Below, in pieces: positions 1 through 9,198 of a DNA stretch of 64,000 nucleotides. Both the position numbers and the translations under genes were made by a program. Numbering within the stretch: the first letter of the stretch is position 1; every line of letters starts with the position of its first letter. This stretch comes from an uncultured virus (IMG/VR IMGVR_UViG_3300044641_006529) (lineage: Duplodnaviria > Heunggongvirae > Uroviricota > Caudoviricetes): the IMG/VR virus record IMGVR_UViG_3300044641_006529; one strand, written 5' to 3'. The notes under the pieces are model-generated. The model did no database searches and was not told the origin of the DNA. It was given only the letters and a program-made list of their open reading frames with translations.

Positions 1-2
1 AA

Positions 3-263
3 ATTGGAAAAAGCATATACACCAAAAAACGTGTAACAAAAGCTGAAAAAGAAAAAATGGTAGGTCAAGCTACCCGTTATGGTAGAAAAACAAGCGTTGA
101 CACTACTAACAAAGAGGGAAAAGCGTATAAACAAAAGCCAGTACCAAATCCAAGTCCTAAAGCAGATGCAAAACGTAGTGCATTAGCCGCTGGGAAACGA
201 ATTACAACTTGGGGTACTAAATACACCGAAACAAGGGTAAATCGCAGCGATAAGCGAAAATAA
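3..263 (+). CDS. 5'-truncated basic protein with a D-x2-R-x-A-x3-G-x-R...Y-x-E-x-R-x2-SD motif
   Basis: Frame is open from base 3, so the gene probably starts before the window. The motif DAKRSALAAGKR..GTKYTETRVNRSD resembles a segment of ORF 26472. Confidence 0.65.
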   Translation: MGKSIYTKKRVTKAEKEKMVGQATRYGRKTSVDTTNKEGKAYKQKPVPNPSPKADAKRSALAAGKRITTWGTKYTETRVNRSDKRK

Positions 264-276
264 ATAGCTTGAAACT

Positions 277-1146
277 ATGAATAAACTTTTAGAGGGGAAT
301 AGAATTTATTACGTGGTTGGTGCTATGGTATTAACCAGCGTTATAATCTTTCTAAGTTTAGCAAAGAAAAAAAGCCTTCAAGCGTTAAATTGGAGCAACG
401 ATGCTAATTTCTTTACTAACTCTGATGGCAAAAACCTTTCTAAACTTGCTTCTAATGTTGGGATTACTTTGCAAAGAAACAAAGGTCTTGGTGGTAGCTA
501 TGATAAAAGCAAATATCAATCATACAAAACCAATAGCAATGTTTACTGGGCTATTTACGACATAAACAACGATAAACTTATTGCGACAAGTTCTAACGCT
601 TCAACAAACGTTTATGGAGCGTCAGTACCAAAAGTTTGTGTAAGCGCAGCAGCTTTCTCTAAAACAAATGGAAAGCTACCTTCTGATTCAGACTATGAAA
701 AGGTAATTAAGCTGTTAGTTCAAAGCGATAACAACGTTTGGACTGCTGTTCAAAATATTGCTGGCGGTGACGATGGCGTTAATAGTTGGGCAAGTTATAT
801 GGGCTATAAAATGAAACCCGCACGAAAAGGTGGAAACCAATCAAACGCTATTGATATGTGCAAATTTTGGGCTGATGTGTGTTATAATCGCTTTGCTGGA
901 GCGGATAACATATTCAGAATTACCAGTTCGTGCCAAACAAGTGCGTCAAGGTCAAAAAAACTGATGCCAACAAACGTTTTAATAGGAGGCAAAACTGGTA
1001 GTTGGGAAAGCTATAATCACGATACGTGCTGGATACAAAATGGCAATAGATTTTATTCAATTTCAGTATTGACAACACTTGGTTCAGCGGGTAGCGATGC
1101 AATAGCGCAAATGTTTAGAGGGTTATACGAAGAATACGCTAATTAA
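277..1146 (+). CDS. Membrane-anchored serine beta-lactamase/PBP-fold hydrolase
   Basis: N-terminal hydrophobic helix; SxxK (ASVPK), SDN and KTG motifs in canonical order. Confidence 0.85.
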   Translation: MNKLLEGNRIYYVVGAMVLTSVIIFLSLAKKKSLQALNWSNDANFFTNSDGKNLSKLASNVGITLQRNKGLGGSYDKSKYQSYKTNSNVYWAIYDINNDKLIATSSNASTNVYGASVPKVCVSAAAFSKTNGKLPSDSDYEKVIKLLVQSDNNVWTAVQNIAGGDDGVNSWASYMGYKMKPARKGGNQSNAIDMCKFWADVCYNRFAGADNIFRITSSCQTSASRSKKLMPTNVLIGGKTGSWESYNHDTCWIQNGNRFYSISVLTTLGSAGSDAIAQMFRGLYEEYAN

Positions 1147-1183
1147 TTCAAAATAAAATTGAAAACGACTACAAAGATACTTT

Positions 1184-1888
1184 TTGATGTTACCCAACCT
1201 AAATAATCTTAACAAAAGCGGCAAAATAGCCTTATATCTTATCGGAGGCGCATTATTTGTGTCCGTGATATATCTTGCTGCCAAAAATCTTTTTAAGGGC
1301 AAGAAAACGCCCCTAAAGAACAAAAACCCCAAAAAACTACTCTTTATTGGAGATTCATTAACGGATATTGACTACAAGGGAAAACCAACCTACACCTATC
1401 CAATGAAGATTCAGCAAAAACGCCCCGATTTACAAATTGATGTTTTGGCAGAAGGTGGAGAAATAACAAAGTGGATGCTGGATAATTTACCCAACCAGCT
1501 AAAAAGAAAAAAATACGATAGAGTTTACATTTTTGGAGGTCTTAATGATGCTTACTCCCAACTAACGGTTGATACAGCCATAAGAAATAATCAATCAATG
1601 GTTGATTTGATAAACAAAAATGGGGCAGATGCTTATATAATTTTGGGATATAACATAGACGGAATACAAACTTTGGACAGAGTAAAGCCCACACGTTATG
1701 TTACAACCGTTGAAGCGTTCATACCTCTTATTGCGAAGTACAAGGAGTTTCAAAAAAGGCTACCAAACGAGATTAAAAACGCCAATTTTGTTCCTATCAT
1801 AAACGTTGATGGAATGACCACAGATGGCACACACATAACTGGCAAGGCACACGAAATATTCGCAGATAAAATTATAAGTACATTGTAA
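1184..1888 (+). CDS. Membrane-anchored SGNH/GDSL hydrolase
   Basis: N-terminal TM helix; FIGDSLT, GGLND and DGTH blocks. Confidence 0.88.
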   Translation: MMLPNLNNLNKSGKIALYLIGGALFVSVIYLAAKNLFKGKKTPLKNKNPKKLLFIGDSLTDIDYKGKPTYTYPMKIQQKRPDLQIDVLAEGGEITKWMLDNLPNQLKRKKYDRVYIFGGLNDAYSQLTVDTAIRNNQSMVDLINKNGADAYIILGYNIDGIQTLDRVKPTRYVTTVEAFIPLIAKYKEFQKRLPNEIKNANFVPIINVDGMTTDGTHITGKAHEIFADKIISTL

Positions 1889-1940
1889 TAGGGCTTTTTA
1901 TTATATTTGTTTTTATCTGTTGTTTCTTTGTTTAGTTTGT

Positions 1941-1977
1941 AGGGGCTGCGTTGTAAAGCGTAGCCCTTATTTTTTTT
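1941..1977 (+). terminator. Rho-independent terminator
   Basis: GGGCTGCG...CGTAGCCC stem followed by a T-run. Confidence 0.75.
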
Positions 1978-1986
1978 CAGAAAAGG

Positions 1987-2017
1987 TTTGCATCGTAAGT
2001 TTACATTTGTAAATTTG
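1987..2017 (+). promoter_or_regulatory. Bacteroidota sigma70-type promoter (TTTG-N19-TAAATTTG)
   Basis: TTTG at 1987-1990 and TAAATTTG at 2010-2017; further TAnnTTTG copies at 1902, 2002 and 2074. Confidence 0.7.
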
Positions 2018-2021
2018 CCCC

Positions 2022-2182
2022 GCTAACGTTTCAAAAATGCTAAGTATTCAAAACACTTTCCGAGTAAAAAACATACATTTGCAGCGCAAACCGTTTGCTT
2101 ACGGTTTTAGTTGCTTTTATAAAAAGTTCTTTGTGGGGTTCGGGGCTAAACTATATGCCAATAGCATTTTATCAACGTTAGC
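2022..2182 (+). ncRNA. Candidate structured RNA or origin element bounded by a 21-bp imperfect inverted repeat
   Basis: 2022-2042 GCTAACGTTtcaAAAATGCTA pairs with 2162-2182 at 18 of 21 positions; internal hairpin at 2081-2114. Confidence 0.4.
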
Positions 2183-2221
2183 ACCTTTGACAAAAATTAC
2201 AGCATAAAAGTCGCCCCCCCT

Positions 2222-3091
2222 ATGAAGAAAAACAGAAAGCCGACAAAGGGCGTTAGATATGTCGCCAACGTACTTAAAACGTACCAAAAGAGAAAATTCC
2301 CTTCCTATAAAGCCGCATTACCCGAAGCACGTAGAATTGTTGCTGAGTTAAAGGCAACCGAGCAAAAGGTTAATATTAAAAACATTTGGTCATTATCCCG
2401 TGAAAGAAAAAGGGGCAGACCAGCAAAACCACAGCAACAAGTTGTTGCGCCCGAACCATATTTTGAGTTAGTACAGCCTAAATGGTACTTTGAATTTGAA
2501 GCATACCCATTATGGATTCAAAGGTCAACTAACAAAATTTGGTTTACCTCAAAGCTGTTCCCAAGCGATAAAGATGCCATTCAAGGGGGTAGCTTACCCG
2601 ACTATTATCAATATTTTGGACGGTATGTAACGTTCTGCAACAAAGTAATACAAGAAACTGAGCGAAGCCGTTACGAAAATGAATTTAGGGTAATGTGCAA
2701 CCCACCAACACAAAACCCAGCGAAAGGAAATAGATGGGAGTGCGAAATAATTTCAGTTGCAAAGGATGGAAAAACTGAAATTGATTATGGTTTTAATCCC
2801 GATTTGCCCGATGTGTCACCCGATAGGGAAAACCCCAATGCCTATCCTTCTGAACCAACAGAACCCACGCCCACGCCCACGCCCACGCCCACACCCACGC
2901 CCACACCACCTCCAAGCGCACCCACTACGCCACCTACACCAAGTGAGCCACCAAAAAGCAAAATTGCCGAGTTCCTTGAAGCGCAAAAAAGACTGGAGCA
3001 AAACCTTAAAGACAACCTAATAACTAAAGAGCAATATCAAGAAATATTGTTAAGCCTATCACGTAATCTAAAAGCTGGAGGAAACCTATGA
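2222..3091 (+). CDS. Hypothetical protein with Pro/Thr linker and SHOCT-like C-terminus
   Basis: Long ORF with ATGA overlap into the next gene; (PT)7 linker; C-terminal NLITKEQYQE. Confidence 0.7.
   Translation: MKKNRKPTKGVRYVANVLKTYQKRKFPSYKAALPEARRIVAELKATEQKVNIKNIWSLSRERKRGRPAKPQQQVVAPEPYFELVQPKWYFEFEAYPLWIQRSTNKIWFTSKLFPSDKDAIQGGSLPDYYQYFGRYVTFCNKVIQETERSRYENEFRVMCNPPTQNPAKGNRWECEIISVAKDGKTEIDYGFNPDLPDVSPDRENPNAYPSEPTEPTPTPTPTPTPTPTPPPSAPTTPPTPSEPPKSKIAEFLEAQKRLEQNLKDNLITKEQYQEILLSLSRNLKAGGNL
2864..2905 (+). repeat. (CCCACR)7 coding tandem repeat giving a Pro-Thr linker
   Basis: Seven directly visible 6-nt units. Confidence 0.9.
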
Positions 3092-3873
3092 GAGCCTACA
3101 ACCGATACGAAGTAAATCAGTATGATTATAAAAAGCTAATAGAAACACAGCTTTTAAATAATGCAGAAATTAAAGAGCAAACGGTTGGTAGTCGAAGAAA
3201 GTTATTTGTAGATAATAGCCTTGTTGCTACAACGTGCCAAAGCGCAAACTTAAACTTGGGGAAAATATCCAATCAAATGTTTAAGGTGTTTTTGTCGAAC
3301 TTTACTAAGCAGTTACATAAGCAGTTTTTAAAAAACGATGCGCTATTCACCTTGTCAATATCACCAGTTATTCCAGCAAGGGCAAAAAACCAAGATATTT
3401 GGAGCGAAGTTAAGGTAGGCGAATACTTTTATTGCGTAGATATAAATAGCGCATATTGGCAAGTTGCTTTTATGTTAGGTTACATAAAAGAGCCGTTTTA
3501 TCATAAATATTTAAGATGCGATGAATATAAACAAGCAAAACGCTATTGTATTTCCTTTCTCGCACGGCAAAACAAAAGCACATATATTTCCAACGGATGC
3601 GTCACCAATCATATTACGTGTGACACAAGTCTTTATAGGGTGGTTTACGAAAATATACGACACAAGCTATACAATTTAGTTAATGAAATGATTGAGGCGG
3701 TAGATAACAAGCAAATTCAATACAATGTTGATGCTGTTTATGTACTATCTGAAAATTTGAGTACCGTTCAAAACGTATTAAAAAATAATAATCTTTTACA
3801 TAAGATTATTGAGTGCAGAAAGGTTGGGGAAAACGAATACACCTACAAGGGCAAAACACGTAAATTCAAATAA
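3088..3873 (+). CDS. Minimal family-B polymerase palm-like protein
   Basis: YCVDINSAYW resembles PolB DxxSLYP; AKRYCISF is at the region III position; YNVDAVYV resembles YGDTDS; no exonuclease domain. Confidence 0.5.
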   Translation: MRAYNRYEVNQYDYKKLIETQLLNNAEIKEQTVGSRRKLFVDNSLVATTCQSANLNLGKISNQMFKVFLSNFTKQLHKQFLKNDALFTLSISPVIPARAKNQDIWSEVKVGEYFYCVDINSAYWQVAFMLGYIKEPFYHKYLRCDEYKQAKRYCISFLARQNKSTYISNGCVTNHITCDTSLYRVVYENIRHKLYNLVNEMIEAVDNKQIQYNVDAVYVLSENLSTVQNVLKNNNLLHKIIECRKVGENEYTYKGKTRKFK

Positions 3874-3898
3874 CACAATCACAATCAAATTCAGCATT

Positions 3899-4315
3899 AT
3901 GGAACAGAAAAAAAGCACCATTACAGCGGCTATTTACAGCAACGAATGGAAAAACCCAAGCGGTATGTCAACTTTTTATTACGATGTAACATTAGAAAAT
4001 GGCGATAGGGGTTCGGTAGGCGTTACTCAAAAGAACTCTCCTAAAGTTGCCGTAGGAAACGAGATTACATACACCTTAAATGGGTTAAAAATGAAAATTG
4101 TACAATCAGAATCAAGCGCACCCGCTCAGACTGGGACAAAACCATACAAAAGGTCGGGAGGAAGCCAAGACCCTTATTTGGGATATGCTTGGAGTTATGC
4201 CAAAGATTTAATTATTGCTGGTAAAACTATGAGCGATATTGAAGAACTGGATAAGGTAGCTACCTATATTCACAATCGAATGACTAATATGCAACAATCT
4301 AATAACAACGAATAA
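3899..4315 (+). CDS. Putative OB-fold ssDNA-binding protein
   Basis: Beta-rich N-terminal half (YYDVTLENGDRG..VGNEITYT) in a replication context; ATG at 3899 preferred to the overlapping upstream start. Confidence 0.5.
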   Translation: MEQKKSTITAAIYSNEWKNPSGMSTFYYDVTLENGDRGSVGVTQKNSPKVAVGNEITYTLNGLKMKIVQSESSAPAQTGTKPYKRSGGSQDPYLGYAWSYAKDLIIAGKTMSDIEELDKVATYIHNRMTNMQQSNNNE

Positions 4316-4316
4316 T

Positions 4317-4673
4317 ATGGCGGCTTACGTTTCTCTTTCACTAAAGAACCCCGATGGCACTTATACTAAGTGTATGGTTAAAATTTACGACACCCCCGAT
4401 AAGTATGGCAATAATGCAGTAATGTTTGTTGAACAAACTGAGGAAGAAAAGAAAGCTAATGCTAAAAAGACATATTTAGCAAACGGGAAAGTTGTTTGGA
4501 CAGATGGTAGCGTGTGCAAACCATCAAAACTTTCAGATTTTGCCGAAGTTGATAATAAGCCGCCAATTAGCGAAGCATCATCACAAAAAAGCCCGTTGTT
4601 TAACAATTTTAATTTTGTTGAAAAGCCGAACAGCGTAGATTTTTCTGATGGAGTTGACGATTTGCCGTTTTAA
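4317..4673 (+). CDS. SSB-like protein with acidic DDLPF tail
   Basis: C-terminal DGVDDLPF, typical of SSB interaction tails. Confidence 0.6.
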   Translation: MAAYVSLSLKNPDGTYTKCMVKIYDTPDKYGNNAVMFVEQTEEEKKANAKKTYLANGKVVWTDGSVCKPSKLSDFAEVDNKPPISEASSQKSPLFNNFNFVEKPNSVDFSDGVDDLPF

Positions 4674-4713
4674 TAAAAGTTATTAACGAGGCAATCACGT
4701 TTTATTATAGTTG

Positions 4714-4721
4714 TATATTTG
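4714..4721 (+). promoter_or_regulatory. Bacteroidota -7 promoter element (TATATTTG)
   Basis: Intergenic, about 20 nt upstream of ATG 4741. Confidence 0.55.
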
Positions 4722-4740
4722 TACCAGCAATAAATGATTT

Positions 4741-4950
4741 ATGGAAGCACGAATTACATTTTTTGACGATAACATTATTGGATATGATGCTTTAGGTAGA
4801 GGCATTATTGATATTGATTCCGAAATGGATGCTTTAATATGTAGTGGACACACCCTTATAGAATCTATAAATATTCTTACAGAGGTGGCACAAATTTATA
4901 ATGAAACGTATGTTTTACTCAGCAGCAAAAACACACAATGGAAGAAATAA
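4741..4950 (+). CDS. Hypothetical protein
   Basis: ORF after a promoter motif, overlapping the next gene. Confidence 0.55.
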   Translation: MEARITFFDDNIIGYDALGRGIIDIDSEMDALICSGHTLIESINILTEVAQIYNETYVLLSSKNTQWKK

Positions 4951-5327
4951 TATCGGCATTGCGCCAAAATGTTGAGGACGGCATATTAACACAAGAGTTT
5001 GTTGACCAGCTAATTAGAGAATTGACTGGGGATGATGTAATGGAGCGAACAGACTTTTGGATTACTAAAGATAATTTGCTGGTATGTGTAAACCATATAG
5101 AAACCATAAAGGAAAATTTGCCTTACGTGGTTAAAGATATACTTGAAAACAAATGGAAGCAGCAAAACATTAAGTTGGATAGTATTAAGGTTGTTAGTAG
5201 TAGTCGTTCTGAATTTAGAATTATTTACAGCATTTACTACATTAACAAATATGGGCAAAAAATACCAGTATCATTACAAGACGTTTACGATGTACTTATT
5301 CGGGTAGATTTTGATGAAGATTTATAA
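4938..5327 (+). CDS. Hypothetical protein
   Basis: Coupled ORF in operon. Confidence 0.6.
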   Translation: MEEIISALRQNVEDGILTQEFVDQLIRELTGDDVMERTDFWITKDNLLVCVNHIETIKENLPYVVKDILENKWKQQNIKLDSIKVVSSSRSEFRIIYSIYYINKYGQKIPVSLQDVYDVLIRVDFDEDL

Positions 5328-5553
5328 GGTTGTGCCAGTTTTTAATGGCAATGTTTTATACGATGTAGGCAATTACTTTTTTACCGAAGAAGATGCTGAG
5401 TTGTTTATAGACTATTTGGAAGATAATGAACTGGAGCAAAATGTAGATTCGTTTGAATTAATAACAATTACAATACACACATTTGCAGATATTGTATTTG
5501 CTATAAATGGTCATAAGAAGTATTTGGATATAAAACGAAATAACATTAACTGA
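5311..5553 (+). CDS. Hypothetical protein
   Basis: Coupled ORF in operon. Confidence 0.55.
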   Translation: MMKIYKVVPVFNGNVLYDVGNYFFTEEDAELFIDYLEDNELEQNVDSFELITITIHTFADIVFAINGHKKYLDIKRNNIN

Positions 5554-5554
5554 A

Positions 5555-6151
5555 ATGATTGATAAGCTAATTTCATTACACGTTCTAAATAGCATATTCA
5601 AAAACGATGCTGCTTGTTCTATAAGTGCGATGGCAAAGATGCTATATATAAATTGCCTTACTCACCACTTTACTATGAAACCAGCAATTCTTTCTAATCT
5701 AAATGACTTTGTTTTAACCGTTAATGAAATACCAAACTTTAATTCGTTCAAGAGTCTATTTGACGAACTGAGCAAAGCAAAGCTAATCAGATTTAGTAGT
5801 GAATATTTGCTTTTTCATAGCCATTGGGTTAAGTATATGGAATTATCTAATTTACCAACGGCAGAAAGCCCTATGATGCAAGTTTACAAAAGCTACGATG
5901 CTGGTCATTATGCAGACGAATTGTTTAGTAGTATGCACTTATTAGAATTAACAGCAATGAAGTATGCCTTAAACAAAACACAAGTGAATTATTTGCTCAA
6001 TATGTTTATTAAGGAACAAAAAGCTACTGATAAGAAATATACGAATAGCGGTGATGTGAAAAAGCACTTTATTTATTGGTGTGCAAATAACAAAGACAAA
6101 GTACCCAAAGAAAATACAACTAAAAGCAATTCAAAAATTCTCGGACTATGA
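5555..6151 (+). CDS. Putative replication initiator/helicase-loader-like protein
   Basis: ATGA overlap with DnaB; helical C-terminus (FIKEQKA..KKHFIYW) like proteins preceding DnaB in Bacteroidota phages. Confidence 0.45.
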   Translation: MIDKLISLHVLNSIFKNDAACSISAMAKMLYINCLTHHFTMKPAILSNLNDFVLTVNEIPNFNSFKSLFDELSKAKLIRFSSEYLLFHSHWVKYMELSNLPTAESPMMQVYKSYDAGHYADELFSSMHLLELTAMKYALNKTQVNYLLNMFIKEQKATDKKYTNSGDVKKHFIYWCANNKDKVPKENTTKSNSKILGL

Positions 6152-7638
6152 GATACAAAAAGAAACCACTTACGCTTGAATCTTATAATTCAAAACTGCC
6201 ACCCTCTGACATAGAGATAGAAGAAGCGGTATTAGGTTCTATCCTTGTCAATTCAACTTTACTTGACGACATTATTGCAGATTTTTCCGAACTGCTTTTT
6301 TTTGGCGAACACAATAAAGCAATAGCAAGGCATATTATTACAGCATATAATAATAACGTTGGTGTAGATTTGCTAACTATTGTTTCCAGTTTACGCAAAG
6401 ACGAAAAAGCAAAAGAAGTTACTGCTGCATACGTTTCTAAACTAACAAACCGAATTGGGTCAACTATACGATTTGAATTTCACTTTCGCATTTTGCAAGA
6501 GAACGCCCTTAAACGTGAAATGATTGCAATTTGTGGTGAATCATTGCGAAAAACATTTGAAAACGAAGATGATATTTACAAGCTGTTTTTAGAAACACAA
6601 AACAACTTGGAGAACTCTTTTAAGAAAGTATCTAACTATAAGATTAAAACAGCGAATAGTGTACATAAAGAAATATTAAATACCGCTTGGGGCGTTTTAA
6701 ACTTAGGAATAAATGCTGGCATACCTACGGGATTGAAACTTGTGGATAATTTAACGAATGGTTGGCAAAAAAGCGATTTCATTATTTTAGCTGGGCGACC
6801 ATCAATGGGCAAAACCGCGTGTGCTATTTCTATGATTATGCACCCATCAGTAGAATTGCAAATTCCTATTGGTATATTCTCGCTTGAAATGAGTGCTGAA
6901 CAACTTGTAAGTCGTATGCAAAGCTATATGTCGGGGGTTAATGTTGGCAGAATAGTTAAAAAGCAATTAAACCAAGATGAACTTATAAAAATTCAAGGCG
7001 ATTGTTTTAAATTGGAAGATGCCCCAATATACATTGATGATACCGCTGCAATTACTATAAGTGACTTAAAGGCGAAAACTCGCAAATTGGTTAAAGAACA
7101 CGGAGTGAAACTTATTGTAATTGATTATTTACAGCTAATGCGTTCGGGTATGAATACATTTAGCCGTGAACAAGAAATTGCTGAGATTTCAAGAAACATA
7201 AAAGCACTTGCAAAAGAACTTAGTATTCCAATAATTGCACTTAGTCAATTGTCAAGGTCGGTAGAGGGACGAGGTGGAGATAAAAAGCCGCAGTTATCTG
7301 ATTTACGGGAATCGGGACAAATAGAACAAGATGCGGATATGGTTTTATTTTGTTACAGACCCGAATATTACAATATAGACAGCTATGAAATAGGCAATGA
7401 GGTTTTTGATAGTAGTGGCTTGTTTATGCTACTTGTTTCTAAGCACAGAAACGGTGAACTTGGCGAAATACCATTAAACTTTGTCCACGCACAAACCAAA
7501 GTAGAAAATAGAGAATTAAAATTTGGAAATAATCAATTTAGTGGTACATTTGACAAACCTAATACGAACGTATTAAGCGGAATCAGAAACACGTCTTTTG
7601 ACGATATGTTAGCTAATGACGATAGTCCGTTTATTTAG
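6148..7638 (+). CDS. dnaB: Replicative DNA helicase
   Basis: PPSDIEIEEAVLG N-terminal domain; AGRPSMGKT; FSLEMS; IVIDYLQL; LSQLSR; SDLRESGQIEQDAD; KHRNG. Confidence 0.97.
   Translation: MRYKKKPLTLESYNSKLPPSDIEIEEAVLGSILVNSTLLDDIIADFSELLFFGEHNKAIARHIITAYNNNVGVDLLTIVSSLRKDEKAKEVTAAYVSKLTNRIGSTIRFEFHFRILQENALKREMIAICGESLRKTFENEDDIYKLFLETQNNLENSFKKVSNYKIKTANSVHKEILNTAWGVLNLGINAGIPTGLKLVDNLTNGWQKSDFIILAGRPSMGKTACAISMIMHPSVELQIPIGIFSLEMSAEQLVSRMQSYMSGVNVGRIVKKQLNQDELIKIQGDCFKLEDAPIYIDDTAAITISDLKAKTRKLVKEHGVKLIVIDYLQLMRSGMNTFSREQEIAEISRNIKALAKELSIPIIALSQLSRSVEGRGGDKKPQLSDLRESGQIEQDADMVLFCYRPEYYNIDSYEIGNEVFDSSGLFMLLVSKHRNGELGEIPLNFVHAQTKVENRELKFGNNQFSGTFDKPNTNVLSGIRNTSFDDMLANDDSPFI
7522..7552 (+). 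promoter_or_regulatory. Bacteroidota-type promoter within the dnaB 3' end (TTTG-N19-TACATTTG)
   Basis: Canonical spacing, upstream of the HTH/RecET genes. Confidence 0.45.
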
Positions 7639-7647
7639 ATTTACGAT

Positions 7648-7920
7648 ATGTCGCAACTAAGAAAACCCAAGCAGAAACTACATAGCAACAAGATACGGAT
7701 TATTTTGGCTGAGATAGGTATGTCGCAACAAGAGTTAAGCGATTTAACCATTAAAGACGTTAGCAACCTTTCTAAAATTATAAATGGCAAAAGGCGTTGT
7801 ATTTCTTTGCCAGTAGCCTTTCAAATAGCTGGTGCTTTAGGGAAAACGGTTGAAGAAGTTTTTATCTATAAAAAACCCAACAATGAGGAAAATTCTAATA
7901 TTTCTACACAATCTGTATAG
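7648..7920 (+). CDS. XRE/Cro-family HTH regulator
   Basis: GMSQQELSD..SNLSKIINGK..IAGALGKTVEEVF. Confidence 0.88.
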   Translation: MSQLRKPKQKLHSNKIRIILAEIGMSQQELSDLTIKDVSNLSKIINGKRRCISLPVAFQIAGALGKTVEEVFIYKKPNNEENSNISTQSV

Positions 7921-8335
7921 ACGCTATTTCAAAAGCAACGAAGAAAGCGCAACAGACAAACGCTTACAAGTAAACGAACCATTTGTTCCAGTTGAGCGAA
8001 TAAACGGATGGGCTAAAAATGACGTTACAAATAACGTTGCACCGAATTACACCTACACCGCAACAGCCGAAGTAACTGAAATAAAATATATTAAAAAAGA
8101 CGTTATTGCCGAAGCAAAGCGAAAATCTATTTTAAAGCAGCAATGGTTTATTCAATATCTTAAAAGCAAAGGCTCGGATGGAGATACAGCATTGAATATA
8201 GGTAAGGAGTACGGAAAACAAGTAAAAAACCACACTCACTATCGAAGCACACAAGCCGTTAAAACATTAAACACACTATTGAGAAAAGGGGTTGTTGAAA
8301 GGGTTAATAAAACAACTTGGCGAATTAAACAATAA
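7883..8335 (+). CDS. Hypothetical protein, possible C-terminal winged helix
   Basis: C-terminal TLNTLLRKGVVERVNKTTWRI; start codon uncertain. Confidence 0.5.
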   Translation: MRKILIFLHNLYRRYFKSNEESATDKRLQVNEPFVPVERINGWAKNDVTNNVAPNYTYTATAEVTEIKYIKKDVIAEAKRKSILKQQWFIQYLKSKGSDGDTALNIGKEYGKQVKNHTHYRSTQAVKTLNTLLRKGVVERVNKTTWRIKQ

Positions 8336-8338
8336 TCT

Positions 8339-9181
8339 ATGATACTAAATTTAGAATACGTGAAAGACACTTTTAAAGAGTATCTTTCAAGGGATGGCGT
8401 TTCTGCGTCCGATTTAAAATTGTTTTTGGAAAGCCCACGAACTTACTACTTTGCAAAAAACAACGAAGTTGATGAAGAAGTAAAAAGGCATTTTGCTATT
8501 GGCAGCGCAGTACACGAATTGCTTATGGAAGAAAAGCTATTTTACAAAAACTATGTTGTTTCTCCGAAGTTTGACCGAAGAACCAAAGAGGGCAAAACAG
8601 CTTACGCTGAATTTGAGGAAATAGCCAATGGAAGGTCTATTATAATGCAAGACGAAATGGCTATGATATTGGAAATGGTTTGTTCGGCAAAACTTAATCA
8701 CACGCTAACAGAATTGCTGGAAGATGGTATTTATGAAGTAAGCTGTTATGGTGTAGATGAAAAAACTGGTTTAAATATTCGTGTTCGTCCCGACATTTTG
8801 CCGAAAAACAGAAGCACCATAGTTGATATTAAAACGTGCAACGATTCAAGCCCAAAGAAGTTTAAAAACGATGTTTACAGCTATGGATATTCGTTAAGCG
8901 CAGCGTTTTATATGGACGTTTTGAGCAGAGAGAACTACGTATTTGCCGCAATCGAAAAAACAGCCCCTTACCAAGCGTCTTTATATTGTCTTTCTGATGA
9001 AATGATAGAGTATGGACGTAGCCAGTATAGAATGGCGTTAGATTTACTTAAATGGAGTATAGATAATGATTATTGGTGCGACTATGTAGAGTTTGAAATT
9101 CTTAAAGAAAGCTATATGCTGGACAGCCTTGACACCGCATTGGAAACTATTCAGCAGTCAGAACTAATCAAAATTTTGTAA
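8339..9181 (+). CDS. RecE/exonuclease VIII-like PD-(D/E)xK nuclease (DUF3799-like)
   Basis: VSASDLK, IGSAVH, RVRPD..IVDIKT and AAFY motifs; near RecT. Confidence 0.85.
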   Translation: MILNLEYVKDTFKEYLSRDGVSASDLKLFLESPRTYYFAKNNEVDEEVKRHFAIGSAVHELLMEEKLFYKNYVVSPKFDRRTKEGKTAYAEFEEIANGRSIIMQDEMAMILEMVCSAKLNHTLTELLEDGIYEVSCYGVDEKTGLNIRVRPDILPKNRSTIVDIKTCNDSSPKKFKNDVYSYGYSLSAAFYMDVLSRENYVFAAIEKTAPYQASLYCLSDEMIEYGRSQYRMALDLLKWSIDNDYWCDYVEFEILKESYMLDSLDTALETIQQSELIKIL

Positions 9182-9198
9182 ACTTTAATTTTTCATAT

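Noticed and set aside
277..1146. Antibiotic-resistance beta-lactamase
   Set aside because: SxxK/SDN/KTG are shared by PBPs and DD-peptidases; the membrane anchor and context favour a cell-wall role, and resistance cannot be inferred from sequence.
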